Assembly: GCA_013265495.1 (NCBI GenBank)
Contig: MU058669.1
Location: 1,311,880 to 1,375,879 of the forward strand
Source of the DNA: Vicugna vicugna
Taxonomy: Eukaryota
Length of the DNA: 64,000 nt
Direction: 5' to 3'
A program made the translations under genes and the position numbers. Positions within the stretch are counted from its first letter, which is position 1. Every line of letters begins with the position of its first letter. Shown here piece after piece: positions 13,223 to 25,912 of the stretch. The notes beneath the pieces are model-generated. The model was not told the DNA's origin. It did no database searches and saw only the letters and a program-made list of their open reading frames with translations.

Positions 13223-13699
13223 AAGTGTGTGTTGTTTTAAGCCAATACGTTTTAGGGTTCTTTATTACGCAGCAGTAGATAACTGCTGTATAGCTAATCC
13301 AGGGCTGTTAAGGTACAATTCTCTTTATATATTGAAAAAGTCACTCATCCAAGTAAGTAAGTAAATGTGGTCTGCAAGATGTAACGGCAGAGGCTGCAGT
13401 GGGAGTAGGAGATGGCTTTTGGTCTTCTGTCTCTTGTTTTACATTTCTGTCTTTTTTTAAAAAAAATTCTAGAACAGTTGGTGTAGTGAACACGTAGCCC
13501 AGATGTAAATGAATTCCAGACTTTTATTTGTACATTTAAATCCTGGGTCAGAGGGCTTGGACAAGGATATTCCTGAGCATCGCTGGTAATATTTGAATTG
13601 TTTTACAGGTCACTGAGGGCTCAGGAAGTGATCACTCTGTTTTAAAGCCTTGTCTGTTTCCAGACATGTTCTAATAAAGAAATTTGCTTAATCATTCTG

Positions 13700-13950
13700 G
13701 GAGATAGAATATGCATGTTTAAAATGCAGGCTCTGGAGTCAGAGCTGGAAATTGAATTCAACCCTGTTTATCATGTATAAGATGTCTGATTTTGACCATT
13801 GCATAGCCTCTCTAAATCCCAGCTTCCTTCTCGGTGAGTAGGAGGTACTCATGTTACAAACCTCAGATATTTATGAAGACTGAGCCAGATAGTACCCGTA
13901 AGCATATAGCACATGCCTGGTCTATAAATAGTAGCAGGTAGTCCTATTAA
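13700..13950 (+). mobile_element. MIR SINE
   Basis: GGCTCTGGAGTCAGA..., CCTCTCTAAATCCCAGCTTCC core and AGCACATGCCTGG tail. Confidence 0.65.
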
Positions 13951-15789
13951 TAATAACTTTCACACCCAAACTGAGTTAAGCCTGTTTGATTGAAAACCAA
14001 GATGGAGTTAGCGGATCTTGTGAAAGAAGGAAATGTGGAAGTGATTTGCAGAACCAAAAGGCTCCTTTAAACAGGGGGCTCCACTTGGAATACCGATGCT
14101 GTACGATACCATATTGTAGGAGCACTTAACTCTTGGCTAGGCTCTGTCTCCAACCACATGGTACAGTGAGGTCACTTCCCATTCTCTAGACATCTTTATA
14201 TTCTGAGGGCGTAATGTCATGGCCTAAAGCAGCCATATCTTAAAGCCCTTTCTAGTTCTTGGGTGCTGCAATAAAACCTTCCTGTTAGGACATGGGGGGC
14301 AGGAGAGAGAACCAGAAGGCTGAAGTGTGGGGAGGTCCTGCTTGCTGAAGATCAGTCAGAAGCGCAAAGTGTGCTGTGAATTCTAACGGAAGTCATCTTG
14401 TTTTTGTGCACACACTGATTTTATAAAAGGAGGCATGCTGTGATGTTGTCTCATTACCTGCCATGCACCTCAGAGGAAATATGTAACAAGGATCATTTTA
14501 ATATGAAAAGACAGGTTGAGTAAATGAAGTGTTGACCATATAGTTTTCTCGTGACATGGCTGAAAGATTGATAAGCTTCTTAAGAGAAAAGGACGGAGAC
14601 TCATAATCAGGGCTCTGCCGTCCCTGCCTTTCAGCATCTGGACATGCCTGTCCTTCTGTGTCTATTTGCAAAACATTGCTCGTTTGTGAGGCCAGGGACA
14701 TACATGACAAATCAAAAGGGCTTGAAACAAGGAAGACGACCTGGAAGCATTTCAGTGTCTGAAAACTGTGCAACAGGGCTCTTGGTTGTAGACTCAGACT
14801 GACTTTAGGAGGAAAAAGACATACATTAGTTAAGACAAAAAACAATGTATTACTTTAAGTACAGCTGGAAGCAGGAGTTCAGTGATGTAAATGTTCTCAG
14901 GTCTTCCCCCCTCGTCCCCAATATATGATAGTTCTGCTTCCTCTGTTAGCTTCCTTCTCAGGCAGGCTCTCTCCATATAATGCATTTGCCTCAGCTGAGT
15001 ACTCTGCTGTCACTGGACCAGTTTCCATGACTTGGTGTCTCCAAGCCCAGCCTCAGCCTTCCCTGAAGCTGGAGGTACAGGGGGATCCTACGCCTCCTCC
15101 CTCCACCTGAAAAGTGACAACATTTAAAAGTGGAGAAGACGGATTTTAGTAGCAGGAGATGTGAATGCTGGACAGCTAGAAACAGAGATTGACTGTAGAG
15201 GGGGTATGTGGAGCATGTTCTCTTCCTTTGGGTTTGGTTTGCTTTTAAGTTCGCTTTCATAAGCTTTTGTCTAGGAGCTGAAATTCCTTATAGAAGGTTG
15301 CATAGGGTGGGTGAGGTGAGAAACAAAACGTACCTCTGATCCCTAACCTTAAGGGTCTTCTTACCACCATACAGTGTTACCCCCAACCAGACAACCAGAG
15401 AAGTTAGGTTATTCGTTTTGAAAGAGTCCTGGTGATTTAGAGCTTGTGTAGGGAAGAGCGAGAGGCGTCATCAGAGGCCTGGGACACATCGTGTGTGAGG
15501 AATAATAAAGCCAACTGAAAGTATGTACTTGAAACCAGGGAGAACTGGGAGATCTGGGGAAGATGGAGATGGTGGGAAAAGATAACTGAAGGTCGCTGTT
15601 GGAAGGACACCCTAGAGCTTTATCATTCCTGACGGGTAAAATATAACAGAAAGACACATATGGTTTAACAAAAAGAACTTCTAGTGTGGAAGCATCCAGC
15701 AACAGTGGAATTTCTCAAGGACCAGTGAATGTTTAGCATGTAGATATTTTCAAGAAAGCCTAGGTGAACACTGATTAGGAATTCTATAG

Positions 15790-16300
15790 AAAGCGTTGTC
15801 CAAAAGAGGTATCGTGTAAGCCACGTATGTAAATGTACATTTTCTAGTGACCGCCTGCAAAAAGTAAACAGGTGAAATTGATTTTAAGTATTTAACGCAG
15901 TACAGTCAGCTCTCTGTAACTGCCGATTCTGCACCGCAGTTTCTTGTTGAAGATCGGCAGTTGGTTGAATCTGTGGATGTAGGATCGGTGGATATAGATG
16001 GCAGCCAACTGGGGACTTGAGCAATAAGTGGATTTTGGTACCCTCCCCCCCAGAGATTTTGATATCCATGGATTTTGGTAACCCTCGTGAATTTTGGTAT
16101 TTCTGCGGATAAGAGGGAAGACTGTGTATCCAAAATAATATTACATCTATTGTTAATGAGTATAACAAAGTTTTGATGAGATCTTAAATTTTTGTTCATA
16201 CCAAGTCTTCAAAATCCAGTGTGCTTTTTCCACTTAGAGCACATCTCCCTTTGGACTAGCTGTGTTTCATGTGTTTAATAGCCATGCCTGACTAGTGCAA
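15790..16300. mobile_element. MER33-like hAT element with nested Tigger
   Basis: TTTTCTAGTGACC...AAAAGTAAACAGGTGAAATT, resuming after the insert at TATCCAAAATA...CTTCAAAATCCAGTGTG. Confidence 0.7.
15903..16124. mobile_element. MER2-like TcMar-Tigger MITE
   Basis: TA|CAGTCAGCTCTC ... GAGGGAAGACTG inverted ends, GGTTGAATCTGTGGATG core and repeated (G)ATTTTGGTA units. Confidence 0.65.
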
Positions 16301-17281
16301 AGTATGGTTATGAACGTCAATGGGGAGTGTGTGTATAACCTCTGAGATCCTTTTCAACTCTGAGTTTCTGAATCTGTGGGAGGAACAGCTGTGGTCAAAT
16401 CATTCCCTACTTGAAAACCTTCAGTAGCTTCTCAGCACTTGAAAAGGAATAAACTGAGCCCTCTGGTTCATGGTGAGCTGGACTGTAAGGTCTTTGAGGT
16501 AAAGGGCTGTGAATGCCACGTTCATCTTTGCTCCCTAGCATTAACCATCGTACTTAGTGGTCCTACAGAAAGTAGTAAGTGGTTTTTAGGATGGTTGGAT
16601 GGTCTGGACTTTATCTTGCTCTCCGTTTTATCTCTTGATTCTCTCTTGAGTTAATCCTGTATTCTACACAAATGTACCTCCTGTTAATTACCCTCTTACT
16701 AATGAGAATGGTTCTCTTAACATCTTATTTGAAAGAGAGGAAGACATCAACTTCTTGAGACTGGCAAACTTTGACACGTCGGTGAGAATCAAATTTCATT
16801 TACAGCAGGGACTGTGGTACTCCTGGGGTGCTGGGCGGTCCTGAGCCTTCTGCCCCTGTGAATGTTCTGCTTTCGGCTCTTGCTCACACCCAGCGTGTTG
16901 ACCGAGCTAGGTTCACTATGAGAGGACCTCTCAGTTCACCTTGAAGCGGCTGTTTTGACTAGATGATCTCTCTAAATGTCTTATTCTCTTCCAGTTGTGC
17001 CGAGGTCAGAACCCTTGGCCAAGTGGAAGAGTGAGTTGGATTTCACATCTGGGGGGTTTAGATGTTATTGTAACTTCAACAGTCTGGACTGTATGATTTT
17101 AATTTGTCTCTTAACCTCCGTGGACCTCAGTTACTCTATTTTCAAGTGGATTGTAATGATAGCTGTTGTAATCAAATTAAAATAATGGATACAACCAGCC
17201 TATAGTATCTTGACAGTAAATCACTGTGGTTGAATGTGCCAGCAGTAGTCACACTGCTTAGATTGGAATCTTTGCCCATCC

Positions 17282-17304
17282 TTTTTTTTTTTTTTTTTTT
17301 TTTT
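17282..17304. repeat. Poly(T)23 tract within a MIR
   Basis: Direct count. Confidence 0.9.
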
Positions 17305-18659
17305 GGCTGAATGACTTAACAATGAGTTATTTAATCTCTGAGCCTCAGTTTTACCATTTTTAAAGGAGGGATCATAGGTTTGTTGCAAGATTAACTATGG
17401 TACTGCATGAAAATAATTAGCATTTAAAAATACCTATTAAACGTTTGCTGTCTTTTGGTGCTAGTGGTGTAATCAGAAGACTCTGATTTAGGGCCAGTTC
17501 TTCTGGGCTTGGAGCCCTACCTTTAGAAAAAGAAGAAAATCTTCACATTCCTGCTGTTCTTACAGGGTTGTTGGGAGGATGACAAAAAAAATGATGGAGG
17601 TGAAAGGAATTTGTAAAACACAAAGTGCCATATTGCATGCATTTTAATAGCAGAGCAAACATCCTTGTGGTGTCTAAGCTGGACCCGTGTGCATACTAGA
17701 CTTTGAGCTCCAGGAAGACGAGGGCTTTCTGTTGCGGCTCCATACTTTATCCCCCAGTGCCAAGCACTGGCCTGGGACAAAATCAGTCCTGGTGGAGTAA
17801 GCATGGAGCACTGTTGTCCATTTGTTGTTTGGCAGCCAAAGTGGCAATTTCTCTCACTACTAGGAAAACATTCAGCGTCTCCTATTATTCTTTTCTCTGA
17901 GAGTGCAATCGCACCCTTGCAAGAGCTACCAAAATAGAAAATGAAATCGTTTGAGTAAAACACTTTCTACTTGATAAGAGACCTTTGTTTCAGATTAGCT
18001 GACATCCTATTAAAACTTTGGAGAGGGAACTATTTTAGAAGCCAGGTGGCATTATGCAGCCCTGTGTTTGCTTATCTTTTCACTTCCTCTCTTTTTCAGT
18101 GTCTAAACCTATTTGCATAATAACAGGTTCTTTGTTTTCCTAAAGTTCAGGTTTCTGACTCGGGTGCCATGTGAAGTCAAAATCCTGAGATTGTGATACC
18201 AAAATCATTTGTGTGGAAATGTCTTGATGACTCGGAGCAGATTTGGGCCCAGCCTGGCTCAGAGACCGTCTTGATGCTCATATTGTTGGTGATTCATTTT
18301 GTTTTTCATTTTCCTAATGGTCCCTGAGGACCTGGATCTCCATGGTGTTGGCTTTCTGATGGGTGTGTTTGGAAGAAAGAGAGAATGGATGTAAAGAAAA
18401 TACATATGAGAACAAAGACATAACAAAACTCATAAGTGGGGTAAAAACAGTTTTGGGGGGTGGGGTAGGGGTAGGGACCAGATTTCATTGTTTTCCAGTT
18501 GACGCCCTCTACTTAGGAATAATTTAATTCCTGTTGTGGAAAGTGATACTGCAAGCCATTAACACAGGTCACTGTCATATCTGGAAGCTTCTTCAGGGGT
18601 CATCACATTAGCTCACTTGTTCGGACATTTCCTCAATAGCATTCCTGAATGAAGTTCAT

Positions 18660-19260
18660 TGCCGTAGTCCACAAACAGTATTTGCGTTCTCAGAATCCCA
18701 CAGTGTCTTAGACATTGCACTGTGGGTTGAGGATACCACAGTGAACTAGAGACATGGTAAGGACCTTGGTACTTCTGGAGCCCACTAACTAGTAGGGCGG
18801 GCGGGCGTTACCCAGATCTTCCCGTGGAGACATATGCAGAGGTTTCATTGATCTTGTGATGGAAAGGCAGAGTGCAGGGTGCAACGGCAAAGAGGAAAGG
18901 ATGTGCCTGGGTTACGTCGTGAGATCCAGGAAGGCTTTCCTGAAGGTCCGGATCTCCTGAAGCCACGTAAAGAATGGAGGGCAGACGCTTCTGTGAGGGG
19001 CGGGTGGGACTGTGTGAAATCCCTGGGACGGATGTGTGGTTCTGACCAGGAGGAGGTCGCCCTGTATGACTCCTCACAGCAGAGTCTGGTGAGGCTCTCA
19101 CACAGGCAGGCGTGGGTTAGGTGGGGCCGAGTCCTGCAGACCATGGTGAGAACTTCGAGTCGTATCCCAAGTGCAGTGGGAGACCATGGCAGGGTGTTAG
19201 GCAGGGGGCGAACATCATCAGATTTGCTTCAAAAAGAACATCAGATGGAAAATCCCATAG
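18660..19260 (-). mobile_element. L2 fragment, unusually CpG-rich
   Basis: CAGGAAGGCTTTCCTGAAGG and GCAGTGGGAGACCATGGCAGGGTGTTAGGCAGGGG are L2 antisense motifs. Confidence 0.6.
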
Positions 19261-19699
19261 AGTGAGGTTCCTTCCTCACAGAAGCTCCGCCCCTTCTTGA
19301 GCAACTGTCCATGGTTAGAGAGTTAAGTGCGCCACACAATATAGTCACTCCGCAAGGTTCCCTCCACTGTGTCAGCTCTTTACTATGAAGCTACGTCTAA
19401 GTCGGGTCAGGGTAGCATCACAGACAGAGCCCAGCTCTGGAGATAGACATGCTTAGCCTCTGCCTCATTGCACCTGGGTGACTTGAAGCAAGTACCTCTG
19501 CTCTCCGAGTCTCAGTTTCCTCATTGGTAAAACAGGTTCTTGGGATGATTGAATACAGCAGTGTGTCTGAGGCACGCATACCAGAGGCTCAGTAAATCTT
19601 GGCTGCTTGAATTAGGCTTGACCTGCAGGCTTAAAGAAATGATCCCGCACATCAGCCTCTTGACTGGTATGTAGCCAAGTATCCATCCGTTTCCTCAGA

Positions 19700-20060
19700 A
19701 CAGAAGTATAAATTGCCAGGAGAAGCAGGAGGCTCTCTTCTCGCCTCTGCTCCCCGGCTCATTTGCATTGCCCCTCCCTCCACTCCCCCCCACCCCGTGA
19801 ACTAAGAGTGTCCAAATGAATCTCTGTTCTCTTTGCTCCTTGGGTGTGGTCACTTTTTTCTCCTCCCTTTCCTAGACATTCTCTCTGTCTGTCTGCCTCC
19901 TTCATTCCCTTCTTGTCCTCTGTCTTCCCTTCCTCTCCATTTTCTCTCTGTCTTTGCATGCGGAGGGAGAGGTCTGGCCCTCGCTGACGGTCCCGCCCAC
20001 CTGTTGCTCAGCCGTGCACAGCAGAGGTGGAGTGGTACGTCATTCCGACATAAAACCCCC
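19700..20060 (+). promoter_or_regulatory. Candidate enhancer or alternative promoter
   Basis: TATAAA 19707, octamer ATTTGCAT 19761, C-run G4 motif 19771-19796, GC box 19992, and CRE-like TACGTCA 20036 overlapping TEAD-like CATTCC 20041. Confidence 0.4.
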
Positions 20061-20550
20061 TGGACAGTTCTTAAATGCATTTATCCTTTGCTTGATCCAT
20101 ACCATATCACACGATGGCTTCACTAAAACTGTAACAGATTTATTTTTCCCAGTTGTTTCACAACAGGTAACATACATTCTTGTTTTCTTGGAGAAAATAA
20201 ATTTCATCCTTATGGGGCACTAAGCAGAATTTACTTAGCTGCTTGATTCCTCTTCTTTCTTGGGCTTGAATGTAAGTTCTCGCCGAGATTGTTGTTGTTG
20301 GTGTTCTTCACAAAACACTGCTAGATGTTATCAGTGCAGACATGAGTGAGAAAGAATTCCTTAAGGAATTTACTTTTTAATGGAGAGAGACCGCTATCAA
20401 GTGTACAGTCACCAAAATGATTTTATTATAATTATGAGAATTGTTATGAAGAAACATAACGGATGAGTCTAACCTCGTTTTAGCAGTTCAGGAAGTCCCC
20501 ACGTTGGGACTGACGCTCACTGTTGAATGTACATTACGAACAGGTATGAG

Positions 20551-20759
20551 GAGGGGAGAGTACAGCTCAGTGATGCCCGAGGTCCTGGGTTCAAGCCCCA
20601 GGACCTCTACTAAATAAATAAATAAGCCTAATTACTTACCCCCCCCAAAAGAAAAAAGAATATGAAAACGAATATATGTATGTGTATTTATGACTGAAAC
20701 ATGCTGTACACCAGCAATTGACACATTATGAACTGACTATATACTTCAATTAAAAAAAA
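20551..20759 (+). mobile_element. Vic-1-type camelid tRNA SINE fused to an L1 3' end, within one TSD pair
   Basis: GGGGAGAGTACAGCTCAGTG...GAGGTCCTGGGTTCAAGCCCCAG (A/B boxes), TAAATAAATAA...CCTAATTAC tail, then L1 3'UTR GCTGTACACCAG...CTGACTATATACTTCAATTAAAA. TSD at 20536-20550 and 20760-20774. Confidence 0.8.
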
Positions 20760-23700
20760 AAGAATGGGTATGAGATCTGAAACTCAAAGGAATGATATGT
20801 TTAGTGACTCAAAGTGGGCAAGAACTAACTAAGCTTGCAGGAGTAAAAAAGTCTAGGTGTTTCTGGATTTGAAATATAATGATTTGGGGGGCAGGATGGG
20901 GAAGGCTGGACAGTGGTTTAGTAAGACTTTTCCTTTAAGGAGTGATGCCAGTGGTGAATTGGTGATGAGGGCTAGCCATCTAAGGGATTCTGAGAGGGCA
21001 AGTGAATATTAACATGAGAAATGGTTAGTTTGACAGCAGACCTTGTACTCTCCTTCCTGTTGGCCATGGAAGCGTGAGTAGGAAAGATTGCTGACTGGAG
21101 AATGAGAACGCTTATGTTTCTAGAGATTTCATACTGCTTCTTCGGAACCCAAGGAATCAAGAGCCCAAAAGCTGGTGAAAGAAAAATAATGTGTATTTCA
21201 AAATACAGGGATACACTGTACGAGCAGCTGGGGAGAAAGTTTGGGTTTCTATGGAAACCTCCTAAAATGTCTCCCTCAGGCAACAGAGCCAAGTTCCCAA
21301 ATGCCAGAGAGAAGTGGAGCACGGGCTGAAGCAGTCTGACTGAGCTATCACACTGACTGCGGCCCTGGTGGCTGCAAGGAGAGGACTGTGAAATGGGTCC
21401 TGGATTTTTTACCCGACATGGCTGTCCTGCAGGTGGATGGGGAATGGGGGCTCGGGGAGTGACGTGAGATATTTTCGTGCAAGGTGCTAAGGCAAGGATG
21501 ACCTCGATGGAATCACATTGCAAACAAAAATAAAAGGAAACGGGAACCTGATGTTACAGTTCAACCAGCCAGAAATGATGGTGAAATCAGAGGCACATGC
21601 TCAGAGCCCTCCCCTGTGTCCAAGCCCTGTGAGACAGGTGGCCGCCCACCCCTCCAGCACCACTAGGTGTAACCTACCCCCTCCCTCAGCTTTTTCATTC
21701 TCCCTGCTGTTCTTCAAAGACCCAGAATGAGTTCCTTCTTCCGTGTTTCAGCTTGGTTTCCTTTGCCTGTGTTGCTTCCCCCCTTAGGTCTGTGCATAGC
21801 TGGCTCCTCCTGTGTCAGGCCTTGCTGCTTCAAAGAACCCTCGACTCCTCTTTTCAAATACAAGTCTGTATCTTTCCTACTCCAGGGTGTGTCTCTCCTA
21901 TTACCTGCTTATTTCATTTATACCAGTTGTTATGAGCTGCTTTTTCATTTTTTTTTATTATTTTTGGGTTTTTTGTTGGACTTTTTGTTGCAATTATTGT
22001 TGGTCAGCTACTGCTCTTCAGAATGTAAGCCCCCTGAGAACAAAGGAAGCCAGCCTCCCTAAAAGCCCCGGGTCTCAGAATAAGTGTCCAGCAGAGAGAA
22101 GTTACTCAAAAAAGAATGAGTAGATGGTTGTTGTCTTCAAGAAGCTTGTGATGGAGTAATTGTGATGATGATGACACACACACACACACGATACTAGATA
22201 ATCTCACGCAGCTCTGGGTGATCAAGGGTCAATGAATCTACATGTCATGAGGGGAAAATCTTGATGTCAAACATCCTCTGAAGCAGGCCTAAGGGTCCCA
22301 ATTTTCTGGTTAAAGGAACAGAGTCAGAGAGGCTAAGCTTGTAAGTTGGATTTTCAACTGCCACTGGTGTAATTCTTAATTCCAGGAAAACAGTTTTTTG
22401 GGTAGATTGAAATGTGTTGGAGCTGAAACTTGAGCCTTTCTGAGACAGGAAGAATTGGGGGGAGAATAGATAAAATGCTAGATCTGAGTGATCATGGAGT
22501 GGGAGCGTGGTCCATGGGGACTTTCTGTAGGGTTGGAGGCCTGAGTATGTGCGGGATTGGGTCAAAGAAGCAACAGAGTGTTCAGCATGTGGGTTGAATT
22601 CCCACATGCCCTTGGGTCTCCTGGCTCTGGAACTGGAGGCTCCCTAGAGTTAAAGACAGTGGTTGGGATCAGACATGGCTGTTGGCTGGGTAGGCTTGAG
22701 CTAGGCAACAGAAGATCCTTGAACTCCCAAAAAAGGAGTTTAGGTTTAATACAAAATATTTCTAATATATTTATAGATTTTCCAACATGTTAGCCTTCCT
22801 TATATTTGTGTCTGTGGAATGCTTGGCAGTTGGCAGAGTCCATGGACGCCCATCTCCCTTTTAACACCCAGGTATTCTTATATCCACTTGGAGTAAGAGG
22901 CAGCTGAAGCTCCGCAGACTGTTGCCTGGCTGAAGCTACTTGCGGTGCTGGGTCTAGAACCCGGGATCCGGACTCTTGGTGCTCTCTTACTTTCTTTAGG
23001 TGAACAGTTCTTGATGTTGAAAAGTTTTTTATGGCTAAAAAGTAAGGAGAAAGAATCATGAATCCTTTTCATGAAACAGATGTAGACGTCAGCATTAATT
23101 TTTCAGAGCACGGGTACATTTTGCACGAAACAAAAACCGTTAAGCATTTTCTTCCTCCACAACCATTTATGTTCTCCTGACTTCAATGCTTTTGTGAAAG
23201 TATTTTTAGAAGGAAGGAAAATATTTTGTTGTGTTTTCAATAAAAGATACCCAGCATTGACGTGAAATTTTTCTTCTTTTCATAAATTAAAGAGTCATTG
23301 TTTTTCCAGTGCTTATTTTTATGATATTGGCAGGTCATATACCCTCTGAGGCACCATTCCTGTCGATTGCCTTTCCTTTGTTCCTTCCCTCCCATCAATG
23401 GTATTAATAAAAACTTTCAGTCTACCTTTGGAATTTATTGTGGCCCCAGTGACATAGTGGGTGTGAAGAATACCGAGTAAACCAGGGAGCATTATATAGC
23501 GTTCTACAATCTTTCTTTTTATCATTAGATCATACTGTATTTTCTGCCTTTTCCTGGGACTGTTCCCCAGTGCGTTTGGTCTCAGGTCCCTTTCCTGTCC
23601 TTTGGTCATAATTGAATTTGTCAATGTCCCTCTTGGTTGCTAGTTTTAGCAGCCATACTTTACCACTTTACAGCGTTTAGAAGGAAAACCACAGATAGCC

Positions 23701-23789
23701 ATCTCATTGGGTCCTGAGTGAGACGGCGCGAAGCCTGGGAAGGCTCGAGGCAGCAGTCACAAACGGGCAGTTGGTGGTACCGATGCAAG

Positions 23790-24230
23790 CCCAGGGATGT
23801 GTTTAATTGGTTCACCTATTTAATTTCAAAACAAGCAAACCTTGAACCAACTTTAAAAGCCTGAAAAATGTGCGTAAGCGTTTGTATCTCTGGCTTCTCT
23901 TGGAAGGTTGAAACATCTGACAGTGTTTATTTCCGATTTTTTTATTCTTACGAGCTGAGGCTTAGCCCTTTAGATGGCATATGAGTTCTCCAGCCTTCTA
24001 GCTGCACCATCACTGCCAGCTGTCCCCCTGAAACCAAGATCTGTTGTCAATTTCCATTTGTTATCCAAAGGCCTGCTGTCTTTCCTATTGTGAAGCAAGC
24101 TCTCTCAAACGTGTGAAAATGAGAAATAAATGAAGAAGGCTGCCATGTTTTCAAAAAGTGAGGCAGAATACGTGCTTATGGAAGTGAAGACTACGCCTGT
24201 GTGTTTAAGATTCCAGCCAAGTGTCTGTGT
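23790..24230. mobile_element. MER102-like hAT-Charlie relic, approximate bounds
   Basis: TCTCTGGCTTCTCTTGGAAGGTTGAAACATCTGACA resembles the MER102 core. Confidence 0.4.
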
Positions 24231-25866
24231 TTCTTGTTTGCCCCACACCTGGACTGCTTCATCCATGTACGTTCCTTGCCTGCCTCCTGGAGGTGTTTGA
24301 GTTGAGCCCCCTCCCCCATAACGCTTCAGCTTTGCTCATCCTTTCCTTGGGAGTAGGGGGCGTATCTCAAAGCTATATTTATTCTCCTTCCCCCGGAAGG
24401 TTACCCTTTTAAGTGAATCATGCCTCATTGCCTCTGTATTTCCTTCCTGGGGGGTGTGTTCCTTTGGATCCCAAGCTCTGGGGCATTTATTCCACATCAC
24501 TGCATCCCTGCCTCTGCCAGCTAGGCTGCAGGGCTCCGTCCTCTCTGGAGACTGACAGGGGAACTTTCTTTGCCCCTTTGCTTCACCTCTGGCTGTCCCA
24601 GGAATTCTTCTGTGGCCAAGGTACCTCTTCTGCCTCGACTCCAAGTGTGTGGCTGCCTGCTTTTGACTTTCAGGGCTCCAGATGATCTGGTTTCTGTGTT
24701 TTGTGGGAGTGGAGCAGTGGGTGAAGTAGATTATAACAAAAATGTACCTTGTAAAGAACTTTATAATTTAAAACACTTCAAGAGAGAATTCAAGATAGTA
24801 AATATACCCTAACAAGGCTTTGCTTTGGGTTGAGAAATTGAGCCGTGTGTATATTGTTTCTTCTTTTCTTGCCTTTTTATTTTCTAAGTTAACTACACAA
24901 CACAGAATACTTTAGTGATCTGAAAATAAAACTGTGACTGAAAAAAATTTAAAAGCACTCTGCATAACCTCATTTGAACATTATTTTTAAAAAATTGGGT
25001 TAGTACGTGAGGATAAAGCACAGTCAAGTCATTTTGACACCCTCCCTTGCCCTTACTTGTCACCAGACCCTGACCCACTGGCCAGAATCCTGGCTTCTTA
25101 GGTTGCTGATTTTGTTTGTTCGTTTGTTGTGTTTTGAGCCTTTGCACTTTAGATCCAGAGTGCTGTTGTAATGTTGAAGCAGTGAGATGTGGATTGTTGT
25201 TTTTTCTTGCTTTCTGCCAGGTAGAAGGGTGCAGTTCAGCAGCCAGGCAGATTAGGTGAGTGAAGAGGGTGGGGTGTAAGACAAGGCATGCCTGGGACTG
25301 CTGGGAGCTGGGCGTGTGGGCTCTGTCCCTGGACAGTAGCCAGCTGGGCTCTGGGAGGTCATTACCGGCAGGAGAGCAGGGCAAGTCTAACCTTATTTCA
25401 TGACTTTCAAAGTCAGGCTGAGCATCCAGGTTAGGAATAAGAGATGTCCTAATTATGATGTGTTGCATTCACAAGCAGCAGTTTGTGTCTTCTGGTGCAG
25501 CGTGCAAAGGGGTGGCTCACTGCTTGCCATGTGACTCCGCAAGGCATTTAACTTATCCTGTCTTCATTTCCCACTTTTGGGAAAGGGGAAGATAATACCC
25601 GTCTGGCAAATGAACATGGGGGTTGTCAACAAGGATACTGTCTTTAAATAACTATTGGGCGCTTCTTCTGTTGGAGTTAGCTAAGTGACTAAAGCAAAGA
25701 ACCAAAGTCAGTGTTCTTAGTCGAAAACAGCAGAGGCTGACTCTCGTGAAACAGAAGAGGGATTTGGGAAGATCAGGATCCCCGGAAAACGGGAGAAGCA
25801 GATTGAGAGGCTGAGGAGCCGCTGCCAACAGCATTTAAAATCATGCAACAGGATCGGCCAAGATGT

Positions 25867-25912
25867 CACTGTCCCTGGGCATCAGATGCCACTGTCCCTG
25901 GGCATCAGATGC
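25867..25912. repeat. 23-bp perfect tandem duplication in an old MLT1-like LTR
   Basis: CACTGTCCCTGGGCATCAGATGC x2. Confidence 0.95.

Noticed and set aside
16025..16100. Short interspaced GATTTTGGTA repeats resembling an array
   Set aside because: They are internal repeats of a MER2-like MITE in eukaryotic DNA, with no CRISPR-like repeat/spacer geometry.
20553..20610. tRNA gene
   Set aside because: The A/B boxes belong to a SINE head. The cloverleaf is incomplete and SINE tail sequence follows.
24893..25468. Longest ORF (191 aa), also 20972-21523 (183 aa)
   Set aside because: Non-ATG starts, no recognisable domain and no supporting splice structure. Lengths are compatible with chance in 64 kb.
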